The translations under genes and the position numbers were made by a program. From Blasia pusilla (taxonomy: Eukaryota): 64,000 nt of DNA. Under the pieces are notes generated by a model, which was not told the origin of the DNA, searched no databases, and saw nothing but the letters and a program-made list of their open reading frames with translations. Where the stretch lies: positions 14,632,001 through 14,696,000 of the forward strand of contig CM114271.1 in assembly GCA_050084515.1 (NCBI GenBank), written 5' to 3'. Below are positions 1 through 14,056 of the stretch, piece by piece (positions within the stretch are counted from its first letter, which is position 1; every line of letters begins with the position of its first letter).

Positions 1-849
1 ATTTTTTTAATGATCAATTTTCTTATTTTTTATATATCATACGATGCTATGTGGTAGTTAATTTTGTATTTAGTGGGGAGGATGTCCCTGCTTAGCCATA
101 CAACCTCCACCATAATGAAGCATCTCGGTGGAGATGCTCTTAGTATATATATAACAATGTTTCAGTTGTGTTACATTGGACCAATAACTATCTTGTTTAA
201 ATTTTCATTTTTTTTTTCTTGTTTGTGTAACCACAATCTTATAAGTGATGCTTGTATAAGTGGGGTGCCTAAGTCACAGATGCTAGCAAATGGAAAAGTT
301 ATCTTTGTTCAATAATATAGATATTTATTTCCATAGAAATTATATTTTGGGTTATCATGTCAAGTAATACACTACTTTTATATTTCTTCATACAAAGAAC
401 ATGATATTTTAAACTTGTATTACGATAAAAATTCAGTAAAAAAATTTAAAAAAATAAAGAATTCTTCTTTCCCTCGTTTAGCGTCACTTCCCCATTGGAA
501 AAAAAAATCCTCCTTCCACCATCTTCCTATCTCCTATGATCATTATTCTAACTAGTTCTGCTTGTACGATTGAACTTTTACATTTCAAATTAAAGGTGAA
601 GAGTAATAGTTTTTATAACGAGTTTCTTGAGATAACATAATGAAGAACCTAATTTCTAAAAGATAATGCACCGGGATGATAAAAGTAATATCTAAGGATA
701 TTAGAAATTTTATCTTCTTTGATAAAAAGAAAATAAAATTATTTGTTTGGACTTTTATCATATGGAACCATAGTAGTTGTCTAGCTCCTATCACCTACTT
801 GTACTAATGACATATATAATTGGCCATAAGATAAGATATGACATGCAAT

Positions 850-1730
850 TCTTATGAGTCAAATGAAGATTCCATCACTTAGGTATCAAGAATATATTCT
901 TAGATAGAGATATTCATAAAGACATGTACGTGATTCAACCATATAGATATAAGTATCCAAAGTTTCCATTTCGTATTTGCGCAATGAAAATAGTCTAATT
1001 TAATAGGCTCAAGAAATCTCTAAGAGCTTGGTTAGATAAGATAAGACATATATTGTAAGAGTTTATGTTTACAATATTGTAAGAGTTTATTCTGACTTTT
1101 CACTATATGTCTTAAGAGGAAATAATCACACAATTGTGATTATTTTGTATGGTGATGACCTCTTAATATGGATATGGTGTAACAACTAAAAATATATAAA
1201 GGATATGATATAACAACTAAAATTTTAATATGAAGGATCCGAGAGAGCTCAAATACTTCCATGATGTTGAATGTATTAAAGTTAGCGAAAGCATCTGCTA
1301 ATCACAATGATCTTCTTTACACATATTCTCCAAATATGGTATGATGATTTTTGAGCCAATATCTAAAATTTGGGAACATAATATAAAGTTGAAGTTGATG
1401 AAGAAGATTTTTTTGCAAATTCCAACATATTTGAATGACTGGTAAAATTTTGAATTTTTTTGACTATTATGAAGTCAAAATTGACCTATGCAATTGGCTT
1501 GGTGAATCTTATACGAACGTCTCATTATCCTCATGTTAATATTTTGAGAAGGATTATGTGGTATATGGAGTTCTCTCTTTTGTTTAGGCTTTAATTTAAA
1601 GCTTCTTTGAGTTAAAACTTTTAGGAATTCCCATATGTTGACTGGGCAATAAGTGTGTTTGATAGGCACTTTACACTCTAGGTCTTTGATCACTGTGGAA
1701 AGAGCTATATTCAACTAGAATTCAAAGAAC
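850..1730 (+). mobile_element. Highly degraded Ty1/Copia reverse transcriptase/RNase H remnant
   Basis: Fragments read LYGDDLL (YxDD, ~1146-1165), a KDPRELKYF-like segment (~1233-1260) and a YVDWA-like RNase H start (~1634-1650), with many stops. Nearby 1750-1955 resembles the Copia LTR at 62023-62335 (shared ttctccatggtgatg). Confidence 0.6.
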
Positions 1731-4700
1731 TAACATAAAATTCCTTTGTACACGTTTCATTAATGAATTATGTGAGATAATATGGCTTTATTAATTAATT
1801 GTTGAGAATTACGTTGTGAAGGTTAATTAATTAACCAGGGTGAGTTAATTAGAATTAATTTGACTAGATATAATAGTTACGACTATGGCTTCTTGTATCT
1901 ACCCTCTATGATTGAGGAGGGTAGCATTCTCCACTTATTTTCTCCATGGTGATGCGACAATGAGAAGGTTGCATTTGGATAAAGTCAGTATCATTTGGAG
2001 TAAGTCCATGCCAGTGGACTTACATCCCCTTCTTTCTCATTCCCCTCACTTGCCTTTGTGTTTTGTAATTTTCTATTTCTTCCTCCTCCACCTCGATTCC
2101 CTCCCCTCTTATTGCCCTGCCCGCCCTTACCCTATCTTCTACCATGAGCTATAAGTATGGGCCCCACATGCTGCAATCCATATCCAGATCTTTCCGTTTT
2201 TGTGCAATCACGGTCAATAAGAGCTATATCCCATCAATTATGCTTTTTAAGCATTTATCAAAAATGAAAATACCAATATACCCACGACGCCAATCCCTTT
2301 AACAAATCTTCACCATCCTTACACCATCACGTTACTTCTTCAGCTCAAGGTCTTTGCTCCCTTCATCCTACAAGTTCTAGTTATCCCTTCAATACTAGCA
2401 GGTTCTTCTTAGAAATACATAAGAAAATCAAGGAATAGAAACCTTGAACCTCCCATATTTGTTGTGCCCTCTATTTTCAAGAACTACATATCCTCCACTC
2501 ACCAAATGAGGTATCTCAAACAAGGTATCCACATAAACTTGATGCAAACTCATCTTGAGAGACTGTAAAATTGCACATTATTTCTTCCACTAAAACCATA
2601 ACCACAATCATGGTCCTCATACCTAAATACACACAATCAATCCTCAATCCTCACGTATCTTTATGGTGTGAAAATAAATTAGGTCACTTATTGTTCTCTT
2701 AATCGTTATTAAGCTCAATCTATGCTTCACTTGAGGGAATCAAAGTCTAATGTACTGTCGTCATCACCTTTACTCTAGCATATGTTTGGAAGGTTTAACT
2801 CTAAAATACGATCAACCTTTTCAAGATTTTTCTTTGGGCATACTCGTATCTAAGATCCAAGCCTCAAAAAAGATGACATATACATACATGTAACTAACTA
2901 ACCAAGGAACCTCTAACAAACCTCCAAGAAGATTCCAAGAAGCCCCTTACAGAGGATGAAATATATACAATATCATGAATAGAATCCAATTTGTCACTTT
3001 TGGCCTATCCATCCCTTGGGACACATATAGCCATTCTAGCAAAACACATTATCTACTCTCCCTCAACTACACCTAACATGATATCTAGGACTATCGAAGA
3101 CATCTACATACTAAATGATCACAATACTTTCATAACCAACGAGAGTTGCAAAATATATCATTAATATTGAAATTCTCATTATTCAAATTAAATATGATTA
3201 AATTAATTCTCTTATTTTCCCTCAAATCCATGAGTCTAAAGTTACTCTTCTCATTTCTTGTCCAATGCTATACAGAGTTTTGGTTGTCATCACCTTGGCT
3301 GCAAGACTTGATTTCTCATCATAGTCTAAACCATATTGTTATGGATATCCCTTGGCTTCTGAGTGGCCCTATACATATTGACTCTATCATTTGAATTCTG
3401 TTTCAACTTGAATATCCATCTATATCCTTATCCTTATCTTGTGGAAGATCAACCAATAACCAATTTTGTTTCTCCTCTAAGGCTATGAGGTCTTCATCCA
3501 TAAATTCAACCCGCTCTAGGTTGCACTTCACGAGTGCTTGACTTATACACCTTAAGAATCTTCATCATATTTGTATGTTGAATTTCCAAAAAGTCAATTT
3601 TCCTAAAACTCTGCACATGATATCTTATCCTATGTGATGCTCTAAGCATGTAAATCAAATAAGGATTGGAATACTCTGCTCCATCACCTATAGATCTTGG
3701 AACATTTGAATGGTGGATAACTCCATATCTTCTATTGAATCTTTGATTGAAAATGCTTTCTTTCCCTTTAATTATGATCTTAAACTCCAAGACTTTTCAG
3801 AGTTGATAACATCTCTAATTCTTTATTGGTATGGTTGGATGATGGTTCTTGATTATCCCTTCCTAGATTTTGAATTAAGTCATCAGATATGCTCACAACC
3901 CAAATGTAATTTGGTTTCTCATACCTTGACTTTATTTCATCCAACATCACATCTATATAACGCAAAATTATTTAGTTTAAGATTTATAACATCTTTAATC
4001 CTTCCATACAATAGTCCAAGAAAATACATCTTCTTGCTTTTCTCTATAACTTGTTGGGCATATAAAAAAAACATCTTCAAGAATGAAAGATCAAGCTTGT
4101 TCCAAAAGAAGACCTCAATGGGTATCTTTGTATGTTGAGTTGTTATAGGTGTTTAATATATTTATTAGATACATCCACATACGCAAATATTTATGCCCTA
4201 TACATCATAGGCTTGTTCTTCTTTTCAACATCGCAAATTTGGAATTATTGATTCTATATGTCTCCTACTCCATTTTGATTTGGACTATAAGTGCAAGTAA
4301 CTTACCTTGATGTCATGTTATTTGAAACAGACATCAAACTCAACTCCTTCATCTCATCTCAATTTCAAAACTCATTATCTAGATAGCTTCTCAACCAAAT
4401 TTGACGTTCTTGAATATCTAAAAGACTTATGGCTTTGCTTTCAATATGTTCTTCTAGAGGAATCATCAATGACGGATCCAAATAACTCAAGCTAGGTTGA
4501 GATATTAACCAAACATATGTTTGTAGAAACTCTAGTATTCTAGATCCCACATTTACCTTTTCTTGGAAATAGCTACCTTACATGTTTTCCAAATTAACAA
4601 GCACCACAGACTTTAAAATGAGAACTAAAAGAAATGAAAGATGGTACTCCTATCACAATCTTAGATTTTGGCTTTTTCTTAATTCAATCTTTGATAGTTG

Positions 4701-7700
4701 TGTCCAAGGTTGCACCCAATGTCACAGACCAAGTCTTTGTCAGTGGATTTATGTCTGTCCCTAGGATGGACATGTCCATGCAAGCGTGGTTTCCTGCGGT
4801 CTGTACCCGGGCCTACCCTGCCCACAGCGTAGATTCATGCTTGGCGAGCCTGTACCCAATCGAACGATCCGTCCCCAATTTTTCCACCAATTTTGTAGCC
4901 CGCACCGAGCCCATGTGTCATTCCTACAAGCCCCTACCAAGCTCGCGCGTGGCCTTTGCGTACATGCGTTGTTGCTTCTACAAGAAGTATATGATCATCT
5001 AATTTTAATTTCCTATTAGATTTGCTTTCTCTTGTTTACTATCATGTAAGAAGTTAGAATTCGATAAAAAAACCTTGTTTACTAAATCCGTCATGGTAAT
5101 TATATTTTTCATATATATTAAAGAAATTAGATTTCTCATAATAGTAGGAATTGATACACATAGAATATCTCCCAAAGCACTAATGATAGAGGATAGAAGA
5201 GTGATCTAAATTTTATCCATATGAGTGATTCAATATTTTGTACAATTAAAAATTGTTTTGGAGCTCCCAACCTAGACAAAGAGCTGACACAATTCGAAAT
5301 TTGCAAGAAGCTCAAAAGCATTTGAGACAACAGGGAAGAGTGAGGATTTACATCTACATTGCTGAGCAAGAAAAGCACTGAAATGAAGTATTAACAACCT
5401 AGAGTGAATGATTGTTGATATTATATCTAAGCTCAAGATAACTCGTGTAATACATTGAAATTTAAAGGGAGAGAAAAAAAAAAGTGGTTTATGTAGGTTT
5501 AGGTGATAAGCCTTTTAAATGGATTATGTGGCAATCACTTCTTGTCCCTGCCTTTAAATATAGAAAAAAAGGACTCTCATTATAATGTGCACAAAAGGGA
5601 TGAGAGATCCTCATTAATGAGCATATCCGATTCTCTTTGTGCACATTATCACTTTTCTTGTTATTATCACACTATCACGTGTTTTCTTTTGGTCAATAGG
5701 ATATTTTGAAAGAAAGAGTGGAATTCCAAATTCATGATTTTCAATCTACGTGTGTTATAATAGGGGAGAAATGAGAGAAGGAAAAACTATCCCACATGAA
5801 AATTCATAATCAAGAACTTTTTTATGGGCCTCAAACTTTTGGATCTAATCATAAGTGATGAACTCAAGGAAAGAGGGGGCTTTACTAACCCAAAGGCCAA
5901 CCAGGAAAAGGAGGCCAAGGCATTAATCCATTACAAGTCAAATTTCATCAAATTAAATCTATCATCATAAGTCACATTTAGGATGCACAAATATCATGAA
6001 GCGTAGGATGTAGTATCTAAAGTATTAAAGTCATATGTTAAAACTAGAAAGTTAGAATTGAAGCAAAAATTGATGAGACAAGGAAATGATCTAAGAGCAT
6101 AATTGATTATACATTCATTAGTTAGATCCTATTATAGTCGATGTGTATGGTGATGATATGATCATGATAACAGTCCAAGGATTAGGAAAGAATTACAAGC
6201 CTTTCAAGATATAGATTCATTCTCTACATTTTAAGTACTAATTCAATTTCAAATTAGTGGGGATGCAATTCAAACCTATTGGTTGAGGTCAACATAATCA
6301 AAGCTACGAAGATATGTAATAACCACAACAGAATCATTAAAAAAAAAACTTTTGTAGAGGAAGGAACAACTTCAAAGATAGAGGGAATGCCCATGATCAA
6401 GCTTACCAACCACTTTAGACCTTGCAACTATTATGGGGTCGAAGTCATTATGCCAAGGGCTCGTTCAAAAATCAAAACACTAGGAGATCTTGAATTCTTC
6501 CACAATACATTTATGTGGTTCTATTTTAGCCTTATTACATAGGCTTAACATTAGCTAAGAATAACTTTATTTCCCTTACCAGCAAGGCACTTAATGACAG
6601 TTTCCCCTCCAGTTTCACCCTATCATTTAAAAAATCCCTAGTGGATGGCCAGGTTATTGGTGAGTACCCTTAGTACTCTTTTGTTTGAACTTACTTCAAT
6701 GTGACTAACTAATTAACTAGACCAGATGTCACTATAGGAGGACTACCCCAAAAGATAGGTGTTAAACCGGGAAATGTTTGCTGTTGAAAGGCCTCTCTCT
6801 AATGACAATGTAGATTTAAGAAATAAAATGTCCGCATGCTACCACGTACTAGATTAATTATGTCAAAACAATCATAATATGGACAACCTCGAGCCTGGGG
6901 AGGTAAATTTGACCCCATTCCATGAGCAATTTTTTCCAATAACACACCTATCTGACGTACACATGCTTAAACCCTAACATTGAAACACAATGGTGGTTAT
7001 GCACTTCCTTTAAAGTCTCTCAGTTGCTCAAGTAATTTGCTAGTTTCATGAATAATCAAGCCGTTTGATGGACCTGACCTTTGACTGTTTGATCCTTGAA
7101 AGAATCAAACACATTGGTTGTACACCCTTTATTAGTTCAACCGCCTCGGAATGTGCCATCTATCCACACCCTTTCATTCTCCATGTAGAACTGAGTATGC
7201 TTAGTCATACCACATCAGTCAAATAACCCATATGCATAGAAAGAGGTAGAAGACACAAGAAAACCCCACCAATTCATCAAATCACCAGGAGAATATGCTA
7301 ACACAACTTTATTAACATGCGGTAGCCACATCAACAATTTGGAAGCGGAGTAAATTTGACATTTTAACCTGAGATACAGAGGATACATCATTACTGACCC
7401 ACACTTCCTCGGGAAACCCCTGTAAGTGGGTCCTTGAAAATGTATATTAAGGGTGGGTAAGCAGATGCTCAATGCAATATCTGTATAACGTTGCCAGTAA
7501 TGAAACAATGGCGTTTGAGCAGTCCATGTGTTGGTTTCAAGGCATCAACTTTCTTCATTGCCTGAGTTGACCACCTAGACCACCTTTGAGCTCTCATGTC
7601 TCGCTTTTGGTAGCATTTGTAGTGATGATATACTTGCTTCTATGATGCAGCACTGCATAATTCTCCAAGAGTACAAAAATATGTTGGTAGCTCTTCTAAC

Positions 7701-7889
7701 CTACAAATCTAGTTCTTGTCATTTGCCAAAGCAAACTCGCGCTTACCAACACCATAGCAATCCTCATAAATGCAGCCGGATTCAATAAACTGGAATCTAA
7801 TTCCTTCTCTTTCATGTGTACTTAAGCTCATGGTCAAGGAAACAAAAGAATGTAACACCAGTCTGGTGCTTTGTATCTTCCCTGTTGGC

Positions 7890-10800
7890 CTATGCCTGGT
7901 ACGGCCCAAATACTACGCACGAATTATGGCCACCAAACCCGAAGGAATTGGAGATGGCTGCAACACAACCGTCATTCAGTGTCATCATCAGTCCAACGTG
8001 CATATTGTATCAGAGATTAGAAAAATCTCAGGTAGAAAAAGGCCGAAGCTTGATAACTATCATCAAAATAAGTCCTGATTCAGTCACTCATTTGGCCTTG
8101 CAGAAGGCACATCGCCACTTTAACACTGGGAATTTTATTCCATCAATATCTCTTTGAACAAAGGAACTTACCAACATTGACCTTGTGCTCCGTCTTCACA
8201 TTCGCAACAGTGTCAAATGTTACAGCTGGCTCAGGGTTCTGAAATTAAGTCAACAGCGAGCAACATTCAGTACACTTCAGCTCAGATCCATATGTTCGAA
8301 CACTCTGCATTAGGGCCCAAGACACAAAATCCACATACTGCACTCCAGGACATGTAAATTCTGTAGTTGACATTTTTGCTCTACATGGTAATAATTATTG
8401 TGGCATGACCCTGTGTGAGAAGAAGTTCAATTACTCACAAACTGATTGATAGTAGGGTGCAACCAGCCAGTGTTAATTGCTTGAATAGTGGCAATCGCTT
8501 CCAGTCCCCCAGCAGCACCCAAACAGTGTCCGATCATAGACTGCACATACACAAAAGTCCAAAACAATTGTTGAAAAAAGATTGCGGATCCGCAATGAAA
8601 CCATGAAATGCCACAGATGGGAAGTCAAAAAGGGTCACTCAGTATGACTGACTGACGTTATGTAGTGCCAAGTAGGTATAAAATATTACTGTTTTGACTC
8701 TTCAAAGGGATTGGTCAGCTGATCTGAATACCGCGAGACTAAAGAACTGGAACTTGCCTTTTTTTCATTGATCAAGGGAGTGACTAGTCCTTGACTTCTA
8801 CACAAGAAAAGCTTCTATGCTAGAGGAACCTCGCAGTACGACAGGCCACTGAAGTTTAGAAGTTCATGGTGGAGATGGCTGGGTCTTATATGAGGAAAAG
8901 AGTCTTGTTCCAAGGGGCCCAAACCATATCTACTTGAGATGTATATTCAGTTTTTTTCTTCTCAGGTCCCCCAGGGTACTTTGAGGTTAATAACCTCTGC
9001 TAATTAAAGATACCAGTACATCATGCCCTGCCCCTGCATTGCCCTGGGCCAAGTATCTTGAAGTTGACATATGGTATCAAAAGATTCTAGTGAACCAAGA
9101 GAGTGCAACATTAAAACCATGGCCAGACTCCAGTGTGGTAAAGTATCTTCAAGAAGGCAGCATGTAGTTCTAAGAAATTCCAAGTAAATCAAGAGTGAAA
9201 TTCATTTTCTTGAAACTGTGGACTTGTTCTTGCCTACCTAGAAGGCAAGTGTCAATATTTCCCGAAGATAGTGACAAATCAAGATAGTGTCCTGTCCTAA
9301 TTTTAAAGAAAACACTCCCAAGTTTTAACCTGATATTAAGGGTTAGTGCACAACGGAGTGAACCCTGCCAGAAGTTACGCAAATAACATGGGTTCACAAC
9401 AAGACAGATCCTTGAATGAATATTATTACACAGATTTAATTGTAACAAGCAAGTTCAAACAATTCCATCTGAGTCTTCTTCGCAACAATCAGGGCAAGAG
9501 TTTTGGCACAGTACCTTAGTTGCATTCATTTTTATCTCAGAACTATCCTTAAACACTTTCTTCAGGGCATTCACCTCCGCTAAGTCACCAACAATTGTAG
9601 ATGTAGCATGGGCATTGATGTAGTTCACCTACAACACATCATAATATTTTATGAAATACAACAAGCATCATCTTAACAAAATTGAAATATTCCTGGGTAT
9701 TAGTTCATTGACTTATAACACCAACAACCGCTGTAGAATCAAGGAGCCCATGCCTTACCACACGAGATACTCACAATGTGGCAATCAAGTATAGTCACAT
9801 GCATTCTTTGCCCTATCAAGCCAACTGCCATGTAGACATACAGATGTACAAGAATCTCCAATTAAACTCTCTATCCTCAAATTTGCAATTCCCAAGGGTC
9901 CTTTACCTCTTCAGGTGATACTCCTGAATCTTCCAGGCTTCTCTGAATACAGGATGAAACTCCGAGTCCATCTGCTCGAGGATCAGTCATGTGGTAAGCG
10001 TCACAGTTGACAGCCCCACCAAGGTACTCAGCAAGGATTGGTGCGCCTCTTTTTAGGGCATGCTCCAAACTCTCCATGACCTTCATTATAATCAATCCAT
10101 GAGTCTTTTGAATATCATATTTCATGACTTAGAAATGACTACTCCATACTTGGAAAACATAAGGAAATTCTCAGGACTACAGTAGCCGAGAAAAATCACA
10201 CAAGTCACACATACCAGGACACCTGCACCTTCACCCATAACAAAACCCTCGCGTTCCTTGTCCCATGGCCTGGATGCAGTTTGAGGATCATCATTTCTTG
10301 TGGACAAAGCTCGGCAGGCAACAAAACCACCTAACCCAACTGGAATGATGGCGGCTTCTGTGCCACCTGCAACCATGATATCTGCCTCACCCCTTCGTAT
10401 ATGATTCGCAGCTGCATAAAAACAGTAGTTTGAGGTAGCACATGCTGTTGAGATTGAGTAATTAGGGCCCATCAACCCGAGTTCAATGGCCAAAAGGGCA
10501 GAAGCCATGTTGGTGATAGCATAAGGAATAAAGAAAGGTGTGATTCTCTTGTATCCCTTCTCTATGAGAGCTTGGACACCATCAGAAAACACTGACAATC
10601 CACCCATGCCTGTGCCGACCAGAACACCAACTCTCTGCTTGTCTACCTGCAACGATTCAAAACAGAATATAGTTATGAACCAAGAGACTTGTGCAATATC
10701 TGCATACAACAAGATGGACACTGCAAGCCATCCAAGGTGTTGCAGACGATTACAAAGACCACTACTGGTTCAAAGGTGGGCATCCCGAATGTTGGTAAGC

Positions 10801-13657
10801 ATGCCTAAGCTAGCAAATTGCAGACCAGAAAATCCTTGCATCTACACGTCATCCACAGAAATGCCATGACCAATGCCAACCCAATAAAATTTGACCACTT
10901 TCAAGATTAACCTTATTAATTCCGTCAGGGATTACTCAGAAGATTTAGGTGGGAAATCCTCTCAAACACAACACTCAAGGAAGAAAAAACCATTTTTCCA
11001 AACTATGGTAAGCCCATGATTTGATCCTTTCAAACACAATGCTAAAGGAAATAAAAACAAATACCCATTTCTACAAACTATGGTAAGTGTGTGTTTTGGT
11101 GATTTTAACCCTTGACACTATCAGATCACATAGCTGTAAATTATGACAAGGTCACATGTGTCGATTTCGACCCCAAAAACCAGCCGCTTACATCGAACTG
11201 ACTGAAGTCTCAAATTTAAGGAGCCTTGAATTGTAGAGCAGCCATGCAGGTGAGGAATTTTCCTACACTTGGATCATACTAATCCAATATTGGGTGGAAA
11301 TTGCAGGCAACCCCTCCAAAGTATCTAGTCAATAGACATAGGACAAAAACTGTGACAAACCTCCAAGAATCACAGAAATTCACCTATTCAGTAACAGACC
11401 CTGGTTTCTAACAAGTGAATATTATTAAAGACGACAAAAGTCCAGCTCAACTCTTGATTGCCATGAAGGTGCTGCAAAAGTTTTGTTTTAATTCCATAAA
11501 CTGCCTGGGAAAACAAAAATGGCTGGGAATACTCGGTAACTGTGTTTCTTGCTAACATAATGAGAACATATTGAAGGGTTGGTAGTAAGAATGCAAGGCT
11601 TATATGCACCTTCCGCTTGTATAGTCTTCTTCTCAATCACTTCTTCCAACAGCAATCACTATCTCTCCATAGTCCATCCATGACCCCAGGGTCTAGATCA
11701 AAATGTCCACAATTGGTAATTCATGCTGATAGAAAGCAGTTTTTCAATCCTTCTGTCCATTCTTTGTTCTCACTTTTGTTGAGTTATCTTGTGAGACAAG
11801 AAGATGTACACACCATGCGTTATGTGGTCTTGAAATGACACCAATCCAGTACATGTTCCATTTTAAGACCAGTACAAAGCAACCTGTAACTCTAAACATA
11901 TTCCGCAACAAATTTATGCACTCAGGTGGTACACCTGCAGAACCATTTCACATGACTAAGCAGTCTTAAGGAGGGACCGGCTCTATGGGAAAGTATTTCC
12001 CAAACAGAACTAAGCCACTCAGGTGGTAAACCTGCAGAACCATCGCTCATGACTATAGGCTTAAGGAGGACATAGGATCAAAGCCAAACCATCAAATCAG
12101 GCGACACTCAATTGGAGATTTCTGGTCATCTTCTAATTACGTCACGTCAACTCACAACCACAAGAAGTCTCCCTAATTATCGTCATCGACTAGCTCCTCA
12201 TGACCTAATACTTTTACGGTCTTTCAGAAAAACTTGAAAGACCCTCAACTCATGCTACATTTTTCCATCCCAAGGTGCTGGGATGGAAAAATGTCGCATG
12301 GGCTGAGGGACTTCATATTTTCAGTTCTCTGTGAACTCACTCAAATCCAGACCAGAGGCTAGCGACCATTCGGATCCTCTCGTGTCGGGTAGGATTGTGA
12401 TGACCAGGCCATACCACAAAAAACTACCCCAGTGGGAATAAAAGATGCAGCAAGAAAAAAATAAACATTCGATCATTTGTTTCACTTTCGAATTTGTTTT
12501 GGGTCCTCTGTAATGGAGACTTCTTTGGATACTGGGTTCAGCAAAAAGACATGACTCGCTTGGAATTGACTCATACCTTGTTCAGGTCCTCTCCGCCCAA
12601 CTTCGCATGCTCTAATGCCTTCTGCCCACTGACCAAACAATATCTAAGACAGTCATCCAGGCGGCGGTCGTTCTTCCCATCGATGTAACCTTGCGAACTA
12701 AAGCCACGAATTTGTCCACCAAATTTAGTCGGGAAGCTGGAAGCGTCAAACCGATCTATCAAAGAGATTCCACTCTGTCCTTCAAGAAGTTTGTCGTAAA
12801 AGATGTCCACATCGTTTCCGAAGACAGACACGACTCCCATTCCCGTGATCACTACTCTCTTCTTAGGATCCGTCTCTCGTTTTGGCGCAGTGACAGTTGC
12901 ATTCATTGCCCTCACTCCGGCCCTCCTCGCTCCTGCTGAAGCGAATGATTTAAACACGTCAAAGACATCACAAAACGAGAGCACGTCCACTGCCCCAATT
13001 CCAAATTTTGAAGTCCAAACTCGATCTTTGCTACAAAATATCTCGAGTCAGGAATAGGGAGTTCCGAAGGAACACAGCTAGACGCGAAGGTAGATAGATA
13101 TCTACTTCCAGGACCGGCTCTGCTTCACTGGAAGAGCGAGTTAAGCGGATCCGTACGAGCAAGGAAATTGGCAGGCTATCGTCGGGAACGTTATCGTTCA
13201 TGTGTATAACCGTGAAGCACATGAGCGTCCCAATCCAACAATCATCCGATGATTTGCAATTCCCATGGAAAATGACGCACAAGGTTTGACCTTTAACGCG
13301 ACGTAACCGAGTCGAAAAATGCCATATCCGGGTGAAAAGAAGAGATTCTGCTTAACAAAGAAATGCTCGTCTTTCAGAAGGACCTGGTTGACCCGAGGAA
13401 TATAGCGATGTCACGGAGAAAGTCCACAACCGACGACAAGCTAGTCTACACACGAGAGGAATCCTCCGAAACTCTTTCAACCTGTACTGTAGAGGAGAAA
13501 TGCCTGGGGGAGAAGCGGGACTCGTACCACATCGAAGCTGGCCAGCGGCAGGGGAGACACCGCGGAGCGCCAAGCGAGACTCATTCCCGGCCGTGCGAGT
13601 CTCTACAGCTCTGAGACCTTCGAATACAGCTCCGACCACGGCACCCACAGCTGCCAT
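7890..13657 (-). CDS. KASI: Plastid 3-oxoacyl-[ACP] synthase I (beta-ketoacyl-ACP synthase I), 8 coding exons, 481 aa
   Basis: Exons read manually with GT-AG boundaries: 13657-13528, 12935-12577, 10646-10215, 10080-9907, 9628-9515, 8540-8439, 8238-8172, 7957-7890. Total 1446 nt, in frame, TAG at 7892-7890. Transit-peptide-like N-terminus, then KRETDPKKRVVITGMG typical of KASI. Cys-His-His triad in TACAT, NAHATST and GHCLG; C-terminal SNSFGFGGHN. The exon 1 donor and exon 2 acceptor are the least certain boundaries. Confidence 0.95.
11920..12070. repeat. Imperfect direct repeat (~50 bp x2) in KASI intron 2
   Basis: cactcaggtggta(c/a)acctgcagaaccat...catgacta...cttaaggagg at ~11920 and ~12016. 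Confidence 0.8.
12242..12309. repeat. Intronic inverted repeat (31-bp arms, 6-nt loop)
   Basis: ccctcaactcatgctacatttttccatccca-aggtgc-tgggatggaaaaatgtcgcatgggctgaggg; 28/31 positions complementary. Confidence 0.9.
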
Positions 13658-13705
13658 GGCGCCTCCCGTCCTTCAAAATTCAATCCCAGCACGGGGGACA
13701 CCGAC

Positions 13706-14033
13706 CTGAAAGCTCCAAAAAAAAACGGAACTAAAAACCCACGAGCAATCCGTCTCCTAAACAGGACCCAAAATGACCGTAATCACCACCTCAAGCACTC
13801 GGAGCACCGAATGTACATTGTCTCAGACGAAACGAACTCTCCGTCCCTCCCTCCCTCCCTCCCTCCCTCCCTCACGCACACGCACTCGCACGCGCACACT
13901 TTCCGGAACAGAGCCTCTGTGAAAGCACACCACCACGCTTCCAGCAGCAGCCACCCAAAGACCCAAAGACACCAGCCTCCAATCGATTACACACGCGCTT
14001 CACGCCCTCGCCATCCTCCATCTCCTTCCTTAC
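13706..14033 (-). other. Predicted 5'UTR intron of KASI
   Basis: Strong donor GAG|GTAAGG at 14033. Polypyrimidine tract plus TTTCAG| acceptor at 13706, 48 nt upstream of the GCCATGG start. No uATG in the spliced leader as far as ~14200. Confidence 0.7.
13845..13873. repeat. (CCCT)n microsatellite
   Basis: Run of tccc/ccct tetramers read directly, inside the 5'UTR intron. Confidence 0.9.
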
Positions 14034-14056
14034 CTCTCTGCTGCGAATGACAATGC

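Noticed and set aside
2400-6550. Possible LINE and Copia gag remnants
   Set aside because: Only faint motif traces in AT-rich decayed sequence; I cannot support boundaries or a class assignment.
13480-13482. Alternative KASI exon 1 donor CAG|GTTGAA
   Set aside because: Phase 2 is incompatible with the phase-1 acceptors at 12935/12932. TG|GTACGA at 13527 keeps the frame.
7890-13657. Ketosynthase as part of a polyketide gene cluster
   Set aside because: It is a stand-alone KASI with a transit peptide; there are no ACP, AT or tailoring genes nearby.
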